DNA from: a virus
Lineage: Duplodnaviria > Caudoviricetes
DNA: 25,269 nt
IMG/VR virus record: IMGVR_UViG_3300017707_001156
Coordinates: 1-25,269 of that record
Reading direction: 5' to 3' (one strand)
A program made the translations under genes and the position numbers. The number at the start of each line of letters is the position of its first letter. Position 1 is the first letter of the stretch. The notes below the pieces were generated by a model. It was given only the letters and a program-made list of their open reading frames with translations. It was not told where the DNA came from and made no database searches. Shown piece after piece: positions 1 to 9,147 of this stretch.

Positions 1-34
1 CTACGGTCATTGGCCAAGGAGATAGTTCACTCAT
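1..34 (-). CDS. N-terminal fragment of next late gene (MSELSPWPMTV...), truncated by window edge
   Basis: ATG at 34 overlaps the TGA of the 31..1536 ORF (ATGA coupling); frame is open to position 1. Confidence 0.5.
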   Translation of the reverse strand, partial: MSELSPWPMTV

Positions 35-1536
35 ACAGTTCTCTTTCCTTCAATGATGTGGGTTAGTGATGCGGTTGTATTTGCGTTACACCAAAGATTG
101 GTAGTAAGCGGAACTGCGGTTAGAAGCGTAATTACAGTTGTTCCAGTTGGGCAGGAAACAGCATTTGCGTACTGCGTACCACCAGATACATTACCAAGAC
201 TTACCGTTGTAGTTCCACCAGCATTAACAATAGTCCACTTGGTAATCAAGTCTTCGCTAGTTCCGTAAAATACAGGGCCACCAAGCAACTGCTCATTTCC
301 AGATGTTTTTGTTAAATCGGAAATGCGCCATACTTTTTTATTACTGGAAGAACGTGTATTCATACCAACAAGTAGTGCGCTATTGCCGCCGATGGTGGTG
401 AGGTCGTCCACCACGTTGCACGGCTGGATGCCGGGGAGGGAGAGTGCGCCTGCTCTAGTGATGATTAAGCCGCTTATTGCGTAGCTGGTATCGCCAGAAG
501 TTGAGAACGAGAGCACATCATTGCCGCCTACTGTTGGTGTCAGCGTCCAGTCATTCGCTCCACTGACAACAGTTGCAATGTTGCTGGCATTACCGACACC
601 TGCGGTATTAACGTAAACCGTAGGCACCGCGCCAGAGGTAAGAGTAGCCGTAAAGCGAACTCGCACCGTAGTCCCAAGCGGTGAGCTTATAGCGGCATAG
701 GCAAAGCCATTACCTCCGCCCGTTTTAGTTGCGGTAAAACCTGAGTCAGTAACACCCGTAAAAGTCGTGAGTGTTCCGCCTAATCCCGTCTGAAAAACTC
801 CGCGAGGTGCATTATAACTCCCACCCGCGACCACCCAAGCCGGATACTTGCCCGTCGAGCGGTGAAAGGCACGGTCGGCGTCGGTCAGCGAACCGAGAAT
901 CCAGCAGCCCACGGGCGCGGGGCCGGAGGGCCAGTTGTAGCCCGTCAGGTGGTAGGTCGGCACCATTGCGGCGTCGAGCCATGCGGGCGGTGTGCCTGTA
1001 GTCGTGGCAGTAAAGCTCGCGCTGATGTCTACCTCGTTGACGCGCGCCACGGGACTCGCCGTGCCCTGTGTCCAAATTATTTCTAGTGTGATCGCTTGGC
1101 CGGGGTACGCGGAAACAAACGAGGCGTTTGTCTCAAACTGTCGGTAAGACGAGCCTGGGGCTGTTTGCCGTATATTCAGTTTTCCAGAGGTAACTAAATT
1201 TATACTGAGTGTCCCAGCGTAAGTTGTGATTAGGTCAGCGGTATTAACCGATCCCGCTCCAGCTATACATAGGATAACAGCCGGATTGCTACTCGGCACC
1301 GTCACCACCCCGCGCCACGTCAGCGTCGCAGCGCCCGCCACCCAGCCTCGCGGGTTGTTGGTGCTATCAAACGGGCCTTGGATCTGCGCTCGGTTGCTCG
1401 TTGCGCCGTCGCTAATTACTTGCTCACTATTACGGTAACGCTCAAATCCTGCGTTCACACCAAATCCAGTCTCCATGAACAATTTGTTCGTGGATAGCGG
1501 AGGACTAAGCAGCGTACTTTCAAATGCGCCGCTCAT
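31..1536 (-). CDS. Virion structural protein, probable tail fibre/adhesin with beta-sandwich (LamG/ConA-like) character
   Basis: 501 aa rich in Thr/Gly/Ser/Ala with beta-strand patterning; lies downstream of head and adaptor genes; patchwork GC content. Confidence 0.6.
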   Translation of the reverse strand: MSGAFESTLLSPPLSTNKLFMETGFGVNAGFERYRNSEQVISDGATSNRAQIQGPFDSTNNPRGWVAGAATLTWRGVVTVPSSNPAVILCIAGAGSVNTADLITTYAGTLSINLVTSGKLNIRQTAPGSSYRQFETNASFVSAYPGQAITLEIIWTQGTASPVARVNEVDISASFTATTTGTPPAWLDAAMVPTYHLTGYNWPSGPAPVGCWILGSLTDADRAFHRSTGKYPAWVVAGGSYNAPRGVFQTGLGGTLTTFTGVTDSGFTATKTGGGNGFAYAAISSPLGTTVRVRFTATLTSGAVPTVYVNTAGVGNASNIATVVSGANDWTLTPTVGGNDVLSFSTSGDTSYAISGLIITRAGALSLPGIQPCNVVDDLTTIGGNSALLVGMNTRSSSNKKVWRISDLTKTSGNEQLLGGPVFYGTSEDLITKWTIVNAGGTTTVSLGNVSGGTQYANAVSCPTGTTVITLLTAVPLTTNLWCNANTTASLTHIIEGKRTV

Positions 1537-1539
1537 TTC

Positions 1540-1863
1540 TTAGAGATAGACAACCTCGGAAATATGAATGGTAGCATCAGAACTACCTTCACGAATTACC
1601 TTAACTTGGTTTGCCATACGAGCACACCAAACACCACTAGAACCAGCAGCAATCTGATGCCCATTTGTTGCCGTAGGAGTACTTCCATCCATAGTAAAAC
1701 GCACATTGGCATCAACACAATTCCAGAAGATATGCGTAGTACCAGCATCAAGTGCAGCCACAATCAAATTTGCAGCAGCACTACCAACAGTAACAGCACG
1801 ATCAGCAACCGTACCATTGTTAAAAATAGAAAGAGGGGAATTAAGTACGCGAGCGTTTGACAT
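1540..1863 (-). CDS. Small virion structural protein (beta-sandwich, FTxDGSxPT motif)
   Basis: 107 aa; VRFTMDGSTPTATNGH motif; tightly packed in the late operon. Confidence 0.65.
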   Translation of the reverse strand: MSNARVLNSPLSIFNNGTVADRAVTVGSAAANLIVAALDAGTTHIFWNCVDANVRFTMDGSTPTATNGHQIAAGSSGVWCARMANQVKVIREGSSDATIHISEVVYL

Positions 1864-1871
1864 AAATTTGA

Positions 1872-2480
1872 TTAACGTGATTGACGAGTGCCGTGTGTTG
1901 AAATGCGGCGAACGGTAATATTGTTATTGCGCTGGCTTTCAGCCTTTTGAAGCTCAGCAGCCAAGTAGCTTTGTGCCACCTGTTCCTCTGCCATAGCTTT
2001 ATCCAACTGTCCATCCATTCGCAGGAAATCGGCGTAAGTGGCGTGTGCCGTAAAGTAAAAGAACTCCATCGGAACATTTGTGCTACTCACATCAAATGGG
2101 CCGTCCCACACTTTCTTGTAAGTAACAAAAACCGATGTTGGCGCGTTATCCGTAGGATTGAGGATATGCGCACCAGTTTGATCTACATAAAATTCATACT
2201 CAATCGCACTAAGATTGAGGAAAGGCTGAGTGCGGTGGATACGAAGAAAGTCTGAAATCGTATCCATGCTAGTTTCAGCGAATGGAACAACTTGCCCGCT
2301 AAGTGTTCGCTCCTCGCCAACAACAATGTAGCGAGTCCAGCTTTGGCTTGCGCTATACGCTTCATAAAGACGACGATTTGCAAGGGCAATTACCTTTGCA
2401 CTCTCTGCAGGAGTAAACGACTCAACGCCAGACAATGCTTGAACCAGCGAAAAAAGGTCTGTAAACGTCGAGTCTTGCAT
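1872..2480 (-). CDS. Putative head-tail adaptor / tail tubular protein A-like
   Basis: 202 aa; N-terminal helical pair, central beta region and C-terminal helices typical of podovirus adaptors; position after capsid genes; start overlaps upstream stop. Confidence 0.6.
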   Translation of the reverse strand: MQDSTFTDLFSLVQALSGVESFTPAESAKVIALANRRLYEAYSASQSWTRYIVVGEERTLSGQVVPFAETSMDTISDFLRIHRTQPFLNLSAIEYEFYVDQTGAHILNPTDNAPTSVFVTYKKVWDGPFDVSSTNVPMEFFYFTAHATYADFLRMDGQLDKAMAEEQVAQSYLAAELQKAESQRNNNITVRRISTHGTRQSR

Positions 2481-2788
2481 TAGGCGTTATTAGGAGACAT
2501 TTCAGGAAACTTCTGATTGAAGTATTGAATGAACTCCTTGCTGTGAACAGTGGCTGCACCGTACTTAGCTTGAAGGCGGAAAAACTCACGCGCTGGCATA
2601 ACAGCCACACATTTACCCAATCCCGGAATGGTCTTGTGCTTCTTCATTGAAGCTGCATGAGCACGCATCAAAATCTCGCGCTCCTGTTGCGTATCAAGCT
2701 CATCTTTCAGCGATTTACGGATTTCCTCGTTGATAGCACTATCAATCTCTTGATCCGTATATTGCTCCGACTTTTGGATAATTTGCAT
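2480..2788 (-). CDS. Hypothetical late protein
   Basis: 102 aa ORF; its TAA overlaps the next ATG by one base. Confidence 0.75.
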   Translation of the reverse strand: MQIIQKSEQYTDQEIDSAINEEIRKSLKDELDTQQEREILMRAHAASMKKHKTIPGLGKCVAVMPAREFFRLQAKYGAATVHSKEFIQYFNQKFPEMSPNNA

Positions 2789-2827
2789 AAAAAAAGAGGG
2801 GGAAGGCTACCGAAGTAGCCCACCCCC
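2789..2827 (-). terminator. Rho-independent terminator after capsid/decoration genes
   Basis: Minus strand GGGGG-TG-GGCTAC-TTCG-GTAGCC-TT-CCCCC-TC-T7: GC stem, C(UUCG)G tetraloop and U tract. Confidence 0.9.
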
Positions 2828-2855
2828 AAACGTTACCACCTAGGTCAATCGCTTA

Positions 2856-3311
2856 TTAGGCGAAGCGACCCAGATTGATAACACGGAAACCAACAACAAT
2901 CTCACCAGCCGTAAGCGAGGCGAGAGCGGCATCAGTAATCTTAAGCTGAACGTCTGTAGCAGACGAAACGGCTTTAACAGGAAGCGAACCACCTTCAATT
3001 GTAGTTGTGCCAGCAGCTTGCACGAAGTCAGTACCAGTGTTGAACACCGGAAGCATGACAGTTGCGGCATCGGCATCCCACGAAGCAATGAAGGCTGTAG
3101 CAGCACCAGAATAGCCAACATCAATAACGACGCTGCTGGAGCCAGCGAAGTCAACAGTGTTGATGATGCCAACCAAGTCCACAGCGGAACCAGCGGGCAA
3201 TTTAAGGATGTTCTTGGTGTTGCCTGTGCCAATTGCAATCAGGTCGAGGTAGTTGAGCTTCACAACATGTGTGAAGTCACCAGTGGATTCATTAACAGTA
3301 AGGGAGGGCAT
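2856..3311 (-). CDS. Putative capsid decoration/cement protein
   Basis: 151 aa all-beta-like protein directly after the major capsid gene and before a strong terminator; codon usage resembles the capsid gene. Confidence 0.6.
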   Translation of the reverse strand: MPSLTVNESTGDFTHVVKLNYLDLIAIGTGNTKNILKLPAGSAVDLVGIINTVDFAGSSSVVIDVGYSGAATAFIASWDADAATVMLPVFNTGTDFVQAAGTTTIEGGSLPVKAVSSATDVQLKITDAALASLTAGEIVVGFRVINLGRFA

Positions 3312-3329
3312 ATCAGTAGTTGTTAGGGG

Positions 3330-4313
3330 TTAGGCAATCTGAGTGATCTTGCCGTGCGCACCCGGATGCTTCACGAGCAGCGTGAGGGCGGTATCAACAT
3401 AACCGCGCTCGCCACCACCGAAGTTGGGGAGGCGGGTAGAACCAAGCGGAATGTACTCGGCAACGCTGTAGTAGTCAGGGTTGAGCAGGTAGCCAGTGTC
3501 CTTGTTGGTTGTGTCAGGAGCGCAGTCAGGGTTCATGTTCACAACGGAAACAAGACCATGGTCGCTCTGATACATCTCAACCGACAGCTTGATTGTGCTG
3601 TTGCCCATGTCCGTGTTGACATTACGAACAGTGTAATCAGCCGAACCGGAGGTGCGGGCGAAGTCCGTAATCTTACGGCGCAGAGCAGTGTCGGCAACCA
3701 GTGTCAGGTTGTTGGTGCTGCCAGTGACGCGATAAATCGAGGTAATCAGGTCATTGAACACAGTCTCGGTAAACGCATTGGAGGCGTAAATCGAGCCAGA
3801 CGGAGTGCGGTAGGCGGCAGGAACATCGGTGCCGGGCGAAGTGTCAACCCACTTGCCGAGGCCACGAAGACCATACACCGTGCCAGCACCGTCTTCAACA
3901 GAGCGGTCATTGCTAGAGCAGAGGGTGGCCTCAATGTCGCGCTTAATCTCGCGCACAGCTTTGGCTTCAGCCTGAGCAATCTTGGCAGGGCCAACAGAGT
4001 CAGCAGCCTCTTGCAGGTCGGAAACCATAAAGTCGCGGCGGAACTTCTGGATGTAGTTACCAAGACGGGCACGACCACTGAACTTGTCAGTGAAAGTGAT
4101 AACGTCGGCACCCTCGGCAACACCAGCGGTACTGGGAGCAGCGAGAGAGTCAACAGTCCACTCTACGAAAGTGGCGGACGCCTTGGTTTTGGTCGCAGCG
4201 GAGAGAACAGGAGTCTCCTCGGGAGCGAGAATTGTGAGAACGTCGAGCAGTTGCTCGCGGTTGGAGACAGCAGCACCGGGATTGGTGGTGTCGTATGTGC
4301 CGGAAAAGGCCAT
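3330..4313 (-). CDS. Major capsid protein (HK97 fold, SU10/DUF5309-like)
   Basis: N-terminal NREQLLDVLTILAPEETP..EWTVDSL..EG motif, RLGNYIQKF, EIKRDIE and C-terminal HPGAHGKI resemble SU10-type capsid proteins; follows portal and scaffold. Confidence 0.9.
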   Translation of the reverse strand: MAFSGTYDTTNPGAAVSNREQLLDVLTILAPEETPVLSAATKTKASATFVEWTVDSLAAPSTAGVAEGADVITFTDKFSGRARLGNYIQKFRRDFMVSDLQEAADSVGPAKIAQAEAKAVREIKRDIEATLCSSNDRSVEDGAGTVYGLRGLGKWVDTSPGTDVPAAYRTPSGSIYASNAFTETVFNDLITSIYRVTGSTNNLTLVADTALRRKITDFARTSGSADYTVRNVNTDMGNSTIKLSVEMYQSDHGLVSVVNMNPDCAPDTTNKDTGYLLNPDYYSVAEYIPLGSTRLPNFGGGERGYVDTALTLLVKHPGAHGKITQIA

Positions 4314-4344
4314 GGTATTAGGTAGTTATAGGGTTAATCTGACG

Positions 4345-5382
4345 TTAAGAACGGACGGAACGCTGAATTGCTCGGAGAGCTGCAAAGTCACTAACTGAGC
4401 CTGACGAACTGAATCTCTTTGCTACTTCTAACACAGCTTTATTACTACGAGCTTCCGGTTTTTCAGATGCTCCATTGTAACTTGCAGGACTAGAAGGTGG
4501 GTTAATCTTAGGTTTGGCTTCCGTAAGAGGAATGGTTTTGCGACCATACATGGAATTGGCTGCGTGAGCCAAAATGTAAGGAAGCTGCGGAGCAATGTCG
4601 GGATCGGCCTCGATTAGCTTTGTGAGACGCTTATCAGCAAGCATTGCCTCATATTGCTTACGAGTGTCATTATCCTCGCCATTCATCCAATCCAACTCTT
4701 TGCGGGCATGTTCGTCGAAGGACTTTTTAAGCTGGGAGCGATGTTCGCGGGCTTGCAACTCTTGGAGTTGGGCGGGCAAAAACTTGTCCTTAGCTTTGCG
4801 GGCATTTTTAAGAGCGGCTTTCACGTCCGCCTTAGTCATTTCCTTTCCTTCAACGGTAACAACAATGTCGTCGTGCGCAAGGTGGTCAGCTTGGTCAAGT
4901 TTATCCTCTGCCCATTCGATAACATCATTTACCTCGCGGGCTTTCGCCTGTAAAGTTTCAATGGTGTCCAAATTGGCGTATGGATTCTTTTCAACCGACT
5001 TCACCTCAAGCGGGGACTCCTGACTGCGTTTCGCCAGTTCGGACTGGAGAGCGGCAATTTGCTCCTCTGCTTGCTTGCGTTTTGCTGTGAGTTCACCGAA
5101 GCGAGCTACGGCGCGAGAGCCTAGCTTGTCCGACAATTCACGCAATTCTGCATCCGACATTTCACCTAGATCAAACTTAGAAAGAACGTCTTTTTCCTTC
5201 GGCTGTTCTGGTTGCTCCTCTTGCTTTTCAGCTTTTGGTGCTTCCTCAGCTTTAGGCGATTCTTTGGGGACTACTTTCTTTTCCCCCAGCCGTCGAGCGG
5301 CTAACTCGGCAACTGTAATGTTCGACTTTTCCACTGTTTTGATTTCGGAGCCAGCGTTCTCCGTAGTAACTTCATTAGACAT
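4345..5382 (-). CDS. Capsid scaffolding protein
   Basis: 345 aa, highly charged coiled-coil with RFGELTAKRKQAEE motif and Pro-rich C-terminal linker; directly upstream of the capsid gene. Confidence 0.75.
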   Translation of the reverse strand: MSNEVTTENAGSEIKTVEKSNITVAELAARRLGEKKVVPKESPKAEEAPKAEKQEEQPEQPKEKDVLSKFDLGEMSDAELRELSDKLGSRAVARFGELTAKRKQAEEQIAALQSELAKRSQESPLEVKSVEKNPYANLDTIETLQAKAREVNDVIEWAEDKLDQADHLAHDDIVVTVEGKEMTKADVKAALKNARKAKDKFLPAQLQELQAREHRSQLKKSFDEHARKELDWMNGEDNDTRKQYEAMLADKRLTKLIEADPDIAPQLPYILAHAANSMYGRKTIPLTEAKPKINPPSSPASYNGASEKPEARSNKAVLEVAKRFSSSGSVSDFAALRAIQRSVRS

Positions 5383-5450
5383 AGTTTATACGCTCATTAA
5401 CGCCTGAGACGGTGGGCGATAGTGTAAACCTAACACTAAAGTCAATTGGC

Positions 5451-5485
5451 TTGCTCTAGTAACATCATACATGTTAATAGAGCAA
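5451..5485. repeat. 15 bp inverted repeat (14/15) upstream of scaffold gene
   Basis: TTGCTCTAGTAACAT-CATAC-ATGTTAATAGAGCAA. Confidence 0.8.
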
Positions 5486-5500
5486 AAACAATGTTAGCTA

Positions 5501-5725
5501 TTATGGCGTAAAATAAGGCGAGGCGTAACCTAAATGAGTTAGGCTTAGTTCATTCAATTCTCTTTTCGCTTCATTATCTGCCTTAGCCATATCACCCATC
5601 CACCTAGGATTTCTTTCAGCCATACGAGCTCTAACTGCAATAGCTTCGTATTGAAACCTGTTAATTTTCTCCCGCATTCCAGAGGCTACTGATGGAGTGG
5701 GTGGATATACAGATGAAAAGGCCAT
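5501..5725 (-). CDS. Hypothetical protein (possible moron)
   Basis: 74 aa; starts 2 nt after the upstream stop; AT-richer than flanking head genes. Confidence 0.6.
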   Translation of the reverse strand: MAFSSVYPPTPSVASGMREKINRFQYEAIAVRARMAERNPRWMGDMAKADNEAKRELNELSLTHLGYASPYFTP

Positions 5726-5727
5726 TT

Positions 5728-5940
5728 TTATTGTGTGTGTTTGCGAATAAGGTCTTCTGCATTAACCATGCGAAGAATGTCATCATAAGCCAAAACGCGC
5801 CCGCTAATCTGCATGATTCGCTCAGGAGTAGCATCATGTAGCGAACTGATATAGGATTCGCGGCTTTCCTTGAGTACGTTAATAAACATAGCAAACTGAG
5901 GGTGGTTACTAAGCCACTTAATATCTTGTTCCAAATTCAT
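5728..5940 (-). CDS. Small conserved-type post-portal protein
   Basis: 70 aa helical ORF starting 1 nt after the portal stop, a position typical of small podovirus head-associated proteins. Confidence 0.7.
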   Translation of the reverse strand: MNLEQDIKWLSNHPQFAMFINVLKESRESYISSLHDATPERIMQISGRVLAYDDILRMVNAEDLIRKHTQ

Positions 5941-5941
5941 A

Positions 5942-8023
5942 TTAGAGTCCTTGTGTTGTCACTCCACCCATCGAGGCAGGAGCAGTACCCAGCTTTCCAA
6001 TTTCCGCATTTTGAGCTTGCTGCAATTGGAAAGTATATTGCGCCATGTATTTCTCCAAACGGCCACGGAAAGCCTCATCCTGCGCCAGCTTTTGCTGAAC
6101 ATCAGGCTGCGAAGCGTATTGCTGAATAACCTGCATTGCAATTTGCGCACCATTTGGACGCGCTGGCATCTCAATGGAAGCACTAATCTTGGTCAGGTCA
6201 TCAGTTACTTGCTTTACGACTTGCTCTTGAGCCGCCTGAGAAGGCTGCAAGATTGTCGAAGCAAGAACTGGATCAATAGAAGAGGCGATAACATCAAGAA
6301 GAGCGTCAACATTGATACGCCCATTACGGTCAAGCTGAATAAGCGACACAAGTTGCTGGAGTTTTGCTTCCTGACTCTCCGGATCGTTGTTAAGCACATC
6401 GTAAGTAATAGTTGTATCGTAGTTCTCGTCTGGATTGCCCTTATCAAACTGTTGCGGGTCTGCAACGCCTGTAACTTGGAAAAATACTTGGTCTGGGCCG
6501 AAACGCTGGAAACAACGATAGCACATATTCAGCACCTCAGCGGAGTGCGACAAGAACTTATCCACCAAAAACTGCTGTTTAATTTGAGACAGTGGATTAT
6601 CCAAGTCTAGGCCAACCAAACGATCTGCCTGATTCTGCATGGTTTGCTCCATCTCAACAGAACCGGCGTTAAATTGAGGAACAGGGCCAAACTGAAACTC
6701 GCCAGCACGTTTGTATGGCACATAGCGTCCCGGCCCCCAATCGCTAGGAGCATTGCCAATCGGGTGCATGATAGGCGGAAGCGTAGCCAAGCTATTGCGG
6801 TCAATGCGCGAATCACGCTCAACTTTCACCTGCTGCTGAATGCCACGCAGCATATCAGGAATTGTTTGAACGTCATAAAGACGCTTGGAATCTTCGCTGA
6901 GACGAGTGACTACAACAGGGTAGTCTTCATAACCGTTTAGCAACTCAAACTTGGCATAACCTTTAACGGTTTCGTTACCACTAAACTCACGGTGGAAGAT
7001 AGTGCAATAGATTCCCTCGCTGTTGTCTTCCTTGTCAATTAGACGCTGATAGCCATACACCACTTCAATGAGGTCGCTATCGTTTGTGTGAACTGTAACG
7101 AGTGAAATGGACTTACGCCCGTCAACGTAGTTATCAACGGTGTCGGAATTAACTCCACGATGACGCTGGATAACCCAATCAACCCATTCCTCATCCCATC
7201 CATCCGTACTAACCTTATTCTTTAGCTCTTGGGCCGTATAAAACGTCTTCCAGAAGCAATAAGGTGCACGCTGAGGGTCGGTAACGTAAGGTGGAAAGAA
7301 GAAGTCGCCATCAGGGGATAGCGTCTTGACCATTGGCGCATCAATTTGACGACGCACAATCGGGATTTCAGCAGTACCTGTCTTGCGCAGTTGCGCCAAT
7401 GCTTTCTTAGCACGCTTATCCTGCACCGTAGGAAATGCCTTCTTCAGCATTTCAATTACTGCGTCATCCTGATTTCCAGCAAGAATGGCTTGAGCTACAT
7501 CAGGAGCAACCTGAGCAATTTGCTCCAAATTAAACTGCTGAAGATAGGTGCGGTCTTCACGGTGCCAGCCAACGTAAGTAATTAAAAGGCCGCGCTCCAA
7601 CAGGTAGTTGGCACCAAGCTCCATCTCGCGTTTGAAGCGAGGAATGTAGCCGCTAGTGCTCATCCACTTCATAAACGACGAAACAATCTTTGCTCGCGGA
7701 ATGTCTGTTGCCTCAGTTGGGTAAGCACGAATGTTCGCCCGATTGAGCGAAGACATAAACAGAGCTACGAGACGGTTAATACGCTCGTCAATAACGTGCG
7801 CCTCGGTATCAGCAGCACCTTCCCACGGAAAAGCATCGCTACCATGTTTTCGCAAGTCACGGCTTTTTCCCGCCCAGTAGTTACGGCGATCATCGTAGCT
7901 TGTTCGGCACAAGTCGATGTAAGACGCAAGTTCAAGTGCTGTTGATTCATACGCTTTACGCAATGTAAGGACATCAGGCTCCTTCGATACATAGGTAAGC
8001 GACTCGTGAGTTTTATTTTCCAT
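5942..8023 (-). CDS. Portal protein (P22/SU10-like, long type)
   Basis: 693 aa between terminase and scaffold/capsid; helical N-terminus, YPVVV..SKRLYD..IPDMLRGIQQQVK segment and Gln-rich C-terminal barrel region. Confidence 0.85.
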   Translation of the reverse strand: MENKTHESLTYVSKEPDVLTLRKAYESTALELASYIDLCRTSYDDRRNYWAGKSRDLRKHGSDAFPWEGAADTEAHVIDERINRLVALFMSSLNRANIRAYPTEATDIPRAKIVSSFMKWMSTSGYIPRFKREMELGANYLLERGLLITYVGWHREDRTYLQQFNLEQIAQVAPDVAQAILAGNQDDAVIEMLKKAFPTVQDKRAKKALAQLRKTGTAEIPIVRRQIDAPMVKTLSPDGDFFFPPYVTDPQRAPYCFWKTFYTAQELKNKVSTDGWDEEWVDWVIQRHRGVNSDTVDNYVDGRKSISLVTVHTNDSDLIEVVYGYQRLIDKEDNSEGIYCTIFHREFSGNETVKGYAKFELLNGYEDYPVVVTRLSEDSKRLYDVQTIPDMLRGIQQQVKVERDSRIDRNSLATLPPIMHPIGNAPSDWGPGRYVPYKRAGEFQFGPVPQFNAGSVEMEQTMQNQADRLVGLDLDNPLSQIKQQFLVDKFLSHSAEVLNMCYRCFQRFGPDQVFFQVTGVADPQQFDKGNPDENYDTTITYDVLNNDPESQEAKLQQLVSLIQLDRNGRINVDALLDVIASSIDPVLASTILQPSQAAQEQVVKQVTDDLTKISASIEMPARPNGAQIAMQVIQQYASQPDVQQKLAQDEAFRGRLEKYMAQYTFQLQQAQNAEIGKLGTAPASMGGVTTQGL

Positions 8024-8041
8024 TAGTTTTACAGAGCGTCT

Positions 8042-8431
8042 TTAGCAAACACTAGCATTTTGGTCAATTTTCACCCACTGATAGGACGTTTCTGCGCCAT
8101 GCACCAATTTCTCTATGCCAATACGCTTTTTATCCAACTTTCCAGACAATCGTGCCGGAATTTTAACAACAACCTTGCCCTCTACGTTAGGAATCTTTGC
8201 GTAAACAAAGCGTGGATTGCGGCATTGCCCCAAAACAATTCCAGACATGATATGACTGTCAAAATGAGGGCCAGTAAAGTGCTTTTTTACCTCATTTACG
8301 CCTTCAATGGTAAACCAAGTGCGTTTTCCAACTCCCGTATAGAGATCGGGAGACATGGTTTGCTGGAAAACCATAATCTCGTTAAAAGAGACGCAAATTT
8401 CGTTTGCTAGTTCAGTAATTAGTACCTTCAT
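8042..8431 (-). CDS. Hypothetical protein (N-terminal winged-helix-like region)
   Basis: 129 aa; ATGA overlap with the methyltransferase stop; ITELANEICVS..TWFTIEGV pattern. Confidence 0.7.
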   Translation of the reverse strand: MKVLITELANEICVSFNEIMVFQQTMSPDLYTGVGKRTWFTIEGVNEVKKHFTGPHFDSHIMSGIVLGQCRNPRFVYAKIPNVEGKVVVKIPARLSGKLDKKRIGIEKLVHGAETSYQWVKIDQNASVC

Positions 8432-9108
8432 AAAATGGTTGCTGCTGTTTTAATACGGTCGGAGGCAATCTCGAAATAGTTTTGGTCGAGTTCTATTCCG
8501 ATAAATCGCCGTCCGGCCCGCGCACAGGCTACGCCAGTCGTCCCGCTGCCCATGAATGGGTCAAGAACGATGTCCCCCTTGTTAGACGAGTTTGTTATAT
8601 ACATCTCCATAAGTTCTACGGGCTTTTGCGTTGGGTGAACCTTAAGTCCAACAGGGTTCAAGAACTCGTGGACGGTCTGTGACGATTTGTTATTTATTGA
8701 GAACGCCGCTCCCTTCCTGAGAAACAAAGTGTATTCACAATTTTTCATATACCACCTGTTTGCTGTCGTGTTTTGTTTTTTCCATACCAACAGGTTGTGT
8801 GCTTCAAAACCTGCGTTAATTGCGCTGTCTCGCGCATCAAACAAGTTCATAAAGTTTACCATCACATAAAAATGTGCATTCTTTCTCATCTTTCTGAACA
8901 CTATCGGCATCCACTCTGAAAATGATATGTCGTTATGCTTGAAAATCCTCCCGTTATTTCCGCCTAGCGACTTTGATAGTGAAGTGTTTGATTTATTTCC
9001 CCCACTTATTACTCGGTATGGTGGGTCGGTAAGCACCATATCCACGGAGCCGTCAGGTATCTCGGCCATGCGTTCGAGGCAGTCGCCAAGCATTAGTTCG
9101 TAATTCAT
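8428..9108 (-). CDS. DNA N4-cytosine/N6-adenine methyltransferase (beta class), orphan
   Basis: GDCLE..SVDMVLTDPPY catalytic motif, HPTQKP, and C-terminal VLDPFMGSGTTG SAM-binding motif followed by FIGIEL. Confidence 0.95.
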   Translation of the reverse strand: MNYELMLGDCLERMAEIPDGSVDMVLTDPPYRVISGGNKSNTSLSKSLGGNNGRIFKHNDISFSEWMPIVFRKMRKNAHFYVMVNFMNLFDARDSAINAGFEAHNLLVWKKQNTTANRWYMKNCEYTLFLRKGAAFSINNKSSQTVHEFLNPVGLKVHPTQKPVELMEMYITNSSNKGDIVLDPFMGSGTTGVACARAGRRFIGIELDQNYFEIASDRIKTAATIL

Positions 9109-9147
9109 AAAATGCTTAAAATGATCGTTTAGGTTGTTTTATCTATC

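Noticed and set aside
31-1536. Diversity-generating retroelement target
   Set aside because: No reverse transcriptase and no template/variable repeat pair in the window.
2840-3330. Programmed frameshift or readthrough fusing capsid to the decoration gene
   Set aside because: No slippery heptamer at the capsid 3' end; clean TAA and a separate ATG.
3354-4325. 323 aa antisense ORF spanning the capsid gene
   Set aside because: Mirror frame of a strongly codon-biased gene; no motifs or expression signals.
5951-6940. Antisense ORFs over the portal gene
   Set aside because: Shadow frames with Leu/Arg/His-rich composition and no independent support.
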